48,124 nucleotides of DNA, from positions 1 to 48,124 of IMG/VR virus record IMGVR_UViG_3300014160_000003. One strand, written 5' to 3'. Of the stretch, positions 44,400 through 48,124 are shown piece after piece. The notes below the pieces were generated by a model. The model made no database searches. It was given only the letters and a program-made list of their open reading frames with translations, and was not told the DNA's origin. Every line of letters starts with the position of its first letter. Within the stretch, counting starts at the first letter, position 1. The DNA comes from a virus (lineage: Duplodnaviria > Caudoviricetes). The translations under genes and the position numbers were made by a program.

Positions 44400-44923
44400 T
44401 GCGTTTCGTCCGGCTTTCCGCCGGTCGAGTCGTTTCGGGCCAGCCAGCCGGCCAGGTCCGGCTCCTTCGTAGGATCTGCCGCCACGATGGCGAGATAGTG
44501 CGCCCGCGCTGCCAGCCAGAGACCGGCCAGCGCGGTGGCGGCAGGCGTGGCGTTGGCCCGCCCTGCGGTAATGGGTCCCAGGACGCCGTCCTGCTGCGAC
44601 GCGGGCAGCCCCACGGCCTGCTGTAGCAGTTTTACGGCGGTGGTGCCGCCATTATTCACCGCCAGGTCCAACGTCTTCGTCGCTAGGCTCTGGTCCACGA
44701 TGGCGCCGATGTGATAGCGCTGCCAGAATTCCTGCTGGTAGAACGGCGTGGCCGCCGCCGGCGTCATGCTAGCGATGTCGGCGGCGGTGGCCTTCGGATC
44801 GAATGCCTGGTAGCTTTCGAGCGTTACGCCCCACTTGGAGGGTCCGCGTCCGTTGTCGTCGGCCACATAGCCCTCACCTTCGTTGGCCAGGACTATGGGG
44901 ATGGCGAGCGCAAAGTCGCTCAC
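44396..44923 (-). CDS. Endolysin, glycoside hydrolase family 108
   Basis: EGEGYVADDNGRGPSKWGVT, DLAVNNG, LLQQAVG..QDGVLGP.T, GWLAR. Confidence 0.88.
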   Translation of the reverse strand: MSDFALAIPIVLANEGEGYVADDNGRGPSKWGVTLESYQAFDPKATAADIASMTPAAATPFYQQEFWQRYHIGAIVDQSLATKTLDLAVNNGGTTAVKLLQQAVGLPASQQDGVLGPITAGRANATPAATALAGLWLAARAHYLAIVAADPTKEPDLAGWLARNDSTGGKPDETQ

Positions 44924-44926
44924 GGC

Positions 44927-45433
44927 CTAACTGCCGGCGGCGGTCAGAACCCAGCCGCTCGCGCCCCAAGCGCCGTCCGTCTGCACCCACAGGACGCCCG
45001 TGGTGAGCTGCAGGTAGAAGTTGCCGTCCGTCCCGATCACGGTAGGGTCGTCGGCGCCGCTGAGCAGCAGTCCGGCGGGAGCGGGAATCGCACCGATGGC
45101 GGTTCGCACTGCCTTCTCGCTGGGCACGTTGGTGTCAACGCCCGGCGATCCCACCGAGGTGACCAGCGCGGCGGTGGGCTTGGCGGCCAGGGCCGTCGCT
45201 ATGGCCTTCTCGCTGGGCACGTTGGTGTCAACGCCCGGCGATCCCACCGAGGTGACCAGCGCGGCGGTGGGCTTGGTGTTGAGGTTCGTGCGAACCGCTT
45301 TTTCGCTCGGCACAACTGTGTCGAGACCGGGGTCTGAGATCATAGTCACCACCGCTGCGGTGACATTGGCCGGCAGGACAGGGTCCGAGCCGAAAAGTCC
45401 ATGAGTTGCGGCGTGACGCCATAATGCAAACAT
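44927..45433 (-). CDS. Structural protein with 31-aa tandem repeats
   Basis: Three copies of VTSVGSPGVDTNVPSEKA; C-terminal DP...G.DG.FY...TG motif of fibre proteins; AGGAG RBS. Confidence 0.75.
   Translation of the reverse strand: MFALWRHAATHGLFGSDPVLPANVTAAVVTMISDPGLDTVVPSEKAVRTNLNTKPTAALVTSVGSPGVDTNVPSEKAIATALAAKPTAALVTSVGSPGVDTNVPSEKAVRTAIGAIPAPAGLLLSGADDPTVIGTDGNFYLQLTTGVLWVQTDGAWGASGWVLTAAGS
45111..45276. repeat. 93-bp-period direct repeat (73 bp identical)
   Basis: 45111-45183 equals 45204-45276. Confidence 0.9.
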
Positions 45434-45469
45434 TTGGGTGTGCTCCTTTACGAGAAAAGTTAGAACGAT

Positions 45470-46711
45470 TCAGACGCCTTGAAAATAACCCTGGCTGCGC
45501 GGACGACGCGTCCCCGCACTAGCATACGCGCTCACGTTGGCGAGGTACTGGTCGATAGGCCAATCTGAGTTGGCGATCACGACGCGCCCGATGGTGGGAT
45601 GAGCGGAATCTCCCAGCGTGTTGAGGCCGTCCACGAGGCAGACGCACTTGCCCGCCATCCAGCAGTAGATGGAGCCGGTGGAGCCGACCTTGACGACGAG
45701 GTCCACGGATACCCACTCGCCCAACGGCATCGAGACAAGGGGCATCGAGACGATGAGGTTGGCAGTGCCCGCGCCCCTGTAGATCTGGAGGCGCGAGTTC
45801 TGAGGGTCGATCCACACCATGATCTGCGTCCCCGCACCCGAAGGGCTTTGAAGGAGGAAGAACGAGTTGGCGCTGTTTGAGCCAGCCGGATACGTCGAGC
45901 GCGCCTGGAAGCGCAGGCCGTAGGTGGAGGAGTTTGTCGTGTTCCTGTAAGCACTGAACTGGCCAGCGCCGAACTCCAGGCAATCCACCGGGGACGAGCC
46001 GCCCGGCTGCGTCGCCGTCGTCACTGCACCGCCCGAGAACACCACGGTCCAGGCGCTCAGGTTGGCGAACGTCTCGGTAAACAACGCGGGCATCGAAGAC
46101 AGCGGAGATCCGGAAGGCAGCGCGAGGGGCGAGTACGCGGGGATCGACGCGGGCCGGTAGACTTGCAAAGAATCGCAACCGATACTCCAATACGCGTTCC
46201 AATAGAAGCTCACGCCGTAGACGTTGGTCGTCGAAGGATCGTTCTGGGTGTTGATGCCGGAAAGATTGATGCTTGGCGTCGAAGCGCCGTTGACCCATAC
46301 TTGCAGGACGCCCGCCGTGCTGCTGACCTCCAGGTAGATATCCAGCGTGGTCCAAACGTTCGTGGCGGTGGACACCGGCACGAACCCCAGCACCGTTGAT
46401 CCAACCATGAACTGGAGCACCCAAGTGGAACCGTTCCACGTTCCGAAAAGCGTCATCTGGGTGTTGTTGTACGTCCCCGAGTCGAACATCAGCACCGTGC
46501 TCGTTCCATACACATCGCCCGCTGGGATCAGGTCGATGTGAACTCCCATCTTGCTCGTGCGCGTCCAATAGAACCGGCGCATAGTGCCGCCCGTGTAACC
46601 AGAACGACCGCCGATGGCGCCTACTGAGCCGGAGGCCACGTAGGGCCATTGGCTGAGATCGGAGAAGCTGTCGCTGAAGTCGAGCGACATGGTGGACCAG
46701 GGTGCTGGCAT
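45470..46711 (-). CDS. Putative receptor-binding protein with tandem lectin-like domains
   Basis: Two similar halves (F.D/E.F..LS.W ... W...D ... G....W..G ... G.NT); beta-rich. Confidence 0.6.
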   Translation of the reverse strand: MPAPWSTMSLDFSDSFSDLSQWPYVASGSVGAIGGRSGYTGGTMRRFYWTRTSKMGVHIDLIPAGDVYGTSTVLMFDSGTYNNTQMTLFGTWNGSTWVLQFMVGSTVLGFVPVSTATNVWTTLDIYLEVSSTAGVLQVWVNGASTPSINLSGINTQNDPSTTNVYGVSFYWNAYWSIGCDSLQVYRPASIPAYSPLALPSGSPLSSMPALFTETFANLSAWTVVFSGGAVTTATQPGGSSPVDCLEFGAGQFSAYRNTTNSSTYGLRFQARSTYPAGSNSANSFFLLQSPSGAGTQIMVWIDPQNSRLQIYRGAGTANLIVSMPLVSMPLGEWVSVDLVVKVGSTGSIYCWMAGKCVCLVDGLNTLGDSAHPTIGRVVIANSDWPIDQYLANVSAYASAGTRRPRSQGYFQGV

Positions 46712-46712
46712 A

Positions 46713-46913
46713 TCAAAACACCAAATTGGTCTCCGAAGAGCCGCCGCCGCTGTCGATGTACATGGCGACCTGCCGCTTCCTGGTGTGATTCATCCAAGAA
46801 CTGCCCGTGGCGGCGATGACAACCGTCTTGCCGGAGGTGGCCATGGATGCGGTGCCATAGCTGGCGGTGGGGATGCCCTGCGTTGTTTGTGACCCTGATT
46901 CTACTGTGTACAT
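46713..46913 (-). CDS. Small hypothetical tail-module protein
   Basis: 66 aa filling the gap between co-oriented genes. Confidence 0.55.
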   Translation of the reverse strand: MYTVESGSQTTQGIPTASYGTASMATSGKTVVIAATGSSWMNHTRKRQVAMYIDSGGGSSETNLVF

Positions 46914-46916
46914 GGC

Positions 46917-48080
46917 TTAGCTCGTCGCCACCCAGATGCCACCCGATACGTTGCTGCCGGTGAGATTCCACCAATTGTGTCCGTTGAAAGTGTCAGTAGT
47001 GTCCACAGGGAATGAAGTGGTCATGAAGATCATGTCAAAGAACTGGCCCTTTATGGTGCCCTCATCGGTATAAAAAGCCGTTAAGCCGGTGTACAACAAA
47101 ACATCGGCGGTATTCAGATCCGCATTTGCCCATCTTGCTCCACCATTTTGTGATTGGAGAAATGAGGAAGGTAAAACTAACACTTGTGGAACACCCGGCC
47201 CTGGGTTGTTGCCATTCGAAAAATCCAGCAAAGCCGTGTTCCATATCGTCTGAGCGCCCTCACCATTCCCGGTGTTCTGCATCAGTTGATAGCTTGTTCT
47301 GAAACACGGACTACTCATGCTGGTCTGGGTGTCGCCCGGATGAGTGTTGGAGATGCAGTAGCCGACACTGGCTATACCAGTCAGAAAAGCAGGCACGTAG
47401 TACATCCCGGCCATGACAAACCCTCTGGCCTGGTTTGCCAGCGGAACAAAACATAAAAAATGGTACTGGGTCGCTATTACTCGAAGTGTAATGGGCACTG
47501 ATGTGGTGCCGGGTTGCAAACTAGCACACCCGATGTTGCTGGCGGTGGAATTGGTTCCCACAAGAGATCCACTTTGGTTTTGAAGGGAAATTTGAATGCA
47601 GTTGCCCAGATTGTCTTGCAGTAGCACACGAATTGGGTAAGTAACGTTTGTCTGCGTGGCAGATTGCAGCAACACTGACTGCGTGTTCAGCGTGATCGTG
47701 CCGCTCTGACTGCCGGTAGTCGTGATGTTTCCGCCGCCCAAACTCGTCGCCAGGTTGAACGTGGTCGTGTTGACGTACTTGACGTAGTACACCGTGTTGA
47801 CGGACAGGCCGCCGGGCAGCGCGCCACCGGAACTGACTTGCAGGATGACCTTCTCGCCGCCCAGGAAGCCGTGCGCTCCGGCGCTCCACGTCACCACGCA
47901 GGGAGCGGCAATCGTGAGCGTCACCGCGCCCACGTTGCCCGGCCCCTGGCCGGTGGCCTGGGGCACGTTCGTCCAGCCCGCGTTGATGAGTTGAGCGATA
48001 AGGTTCGCTTGTATGTCAGATTTGAAAGATGTGCTGAACGTCGTCGAGACGTAAGTACCACCGCTGAATTGTGTTGCCAT
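46917..48080 (-). CDS. Tail fibre/structural protein
   Basis: Thr/Gly/Asn-rich; HG...G.KV...GALPGGLSVNTVYYV...TTFNLATS module typical of virion proteins. Confidence 0.75.
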   Translation of the reverse strand: MATQFSGGTYVSTTFSTSFKSDIQANLIAQLINAGWTNVPQATGQGPGNVGAVTLTIAAPCVVTWSAGAHGFLGGEKVILQVSSGGALPGGLSVNTVYYVKYVNTTTFNLATSLGGGNITTTGSQSGTITLNTQSVLLQSATQTNVTYPIRVLLQDNLGNCIQISLQNQSGSLVGTNSTASNIGCASLQPGTTSVPITLRVIATQYHFLCFVPLANQARGFVMAGMYYVPAFLTGIASVGYCISNTHPGDTQTSMSSPCFRTSYQLMQNTGNGEGAQTIWNTALLDFSNGNNPGPGVPQVLVLPSSFLQSQNGGARWANADLNTADVLLYTGLTAFYTDEGTIKGQFFDMIFMTTSFPVDTTDTFNGHNWWNLTGSNVSGGIWVATS

Positions 48081-48085
48081 AGGGT

Positions 48086-48124
48086 TTAGATCCAGGTCAA
48101 AATGACGGTCCCGTTCTGCGCGCC
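48086..48124 (-). CDS. C-terminal 12 codons of a gene starting beyond the window
   Basis: GAQNGTVILTWI*, resembling ends of glycine-rich phage tail domains. Confidence 0.55.
   Translation of the reverse strand, partial: GAQNGTVILTWI

Larger units (their letters stand above)
1..48124. mobile_element. Near-complete tailed bacteriophage genome (siphovirus-like, GTA-like tail tip), circularly permuted
   Basis: Terminase, portal, capsid, tail tube, tape measure, tail tip, lysis, replication and recombination genes; no housekeeping genes; gene order continues across the window ends. Confidence 0.95.

Noticed and set aside
1-48124. tRNA, rRNA or known structured ncRNA genes
   Set aside because: None recognised by eye; a covariance-model scan would be needed to exclude them

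Overview
The whole window is a GC-rich tailed-phage (siphovirus-like) genome of at least 48 kb with no host genes. It is circularly permuted, opening inside a collagen-like repeat of a tail gene and closing in the last codons of another tail gene on the same strand. The minus strand carries the late module: a split ParB/DNA-methyltransferase cluster, terminase, portal-MuF, protease/scaffold, capsid, a glycosyltransferase, tail tube, frameshifting chaperone, tape measure, GTA-like tail tip, fibres and a multi-hydrolase lysis cassette. The central 29.8-41.6 kb holds regulation, replication and recombination genes (LuxR-type HTH, HTH initiator with iterons, IS1595 remnant, KTSC, ASCH, Dam-like MTase, small serine recombinase, Sak4-like ATPase, Gp157). 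No integrase was recognised. Three observations stand out. (1) A ParB-MTase fusion is split into three ORFs whose new ends each carry a CxxC (a possible inter-subunit zinc clasp), with a G12 tract that would switch ParB between clasped, fused and truncated states. (2) A dispersed family of ~30-bp-period palindromic arrays lies inside and around the Dam-like MTase/resolvase pair and elsewhere in the genome. (3) An inverted spare MTase C-terminus shares a perfect 22-bp repeat that brackets a 5.7-kb potentially invertible segment. All family names come from motif recognition by eye, not database searches.
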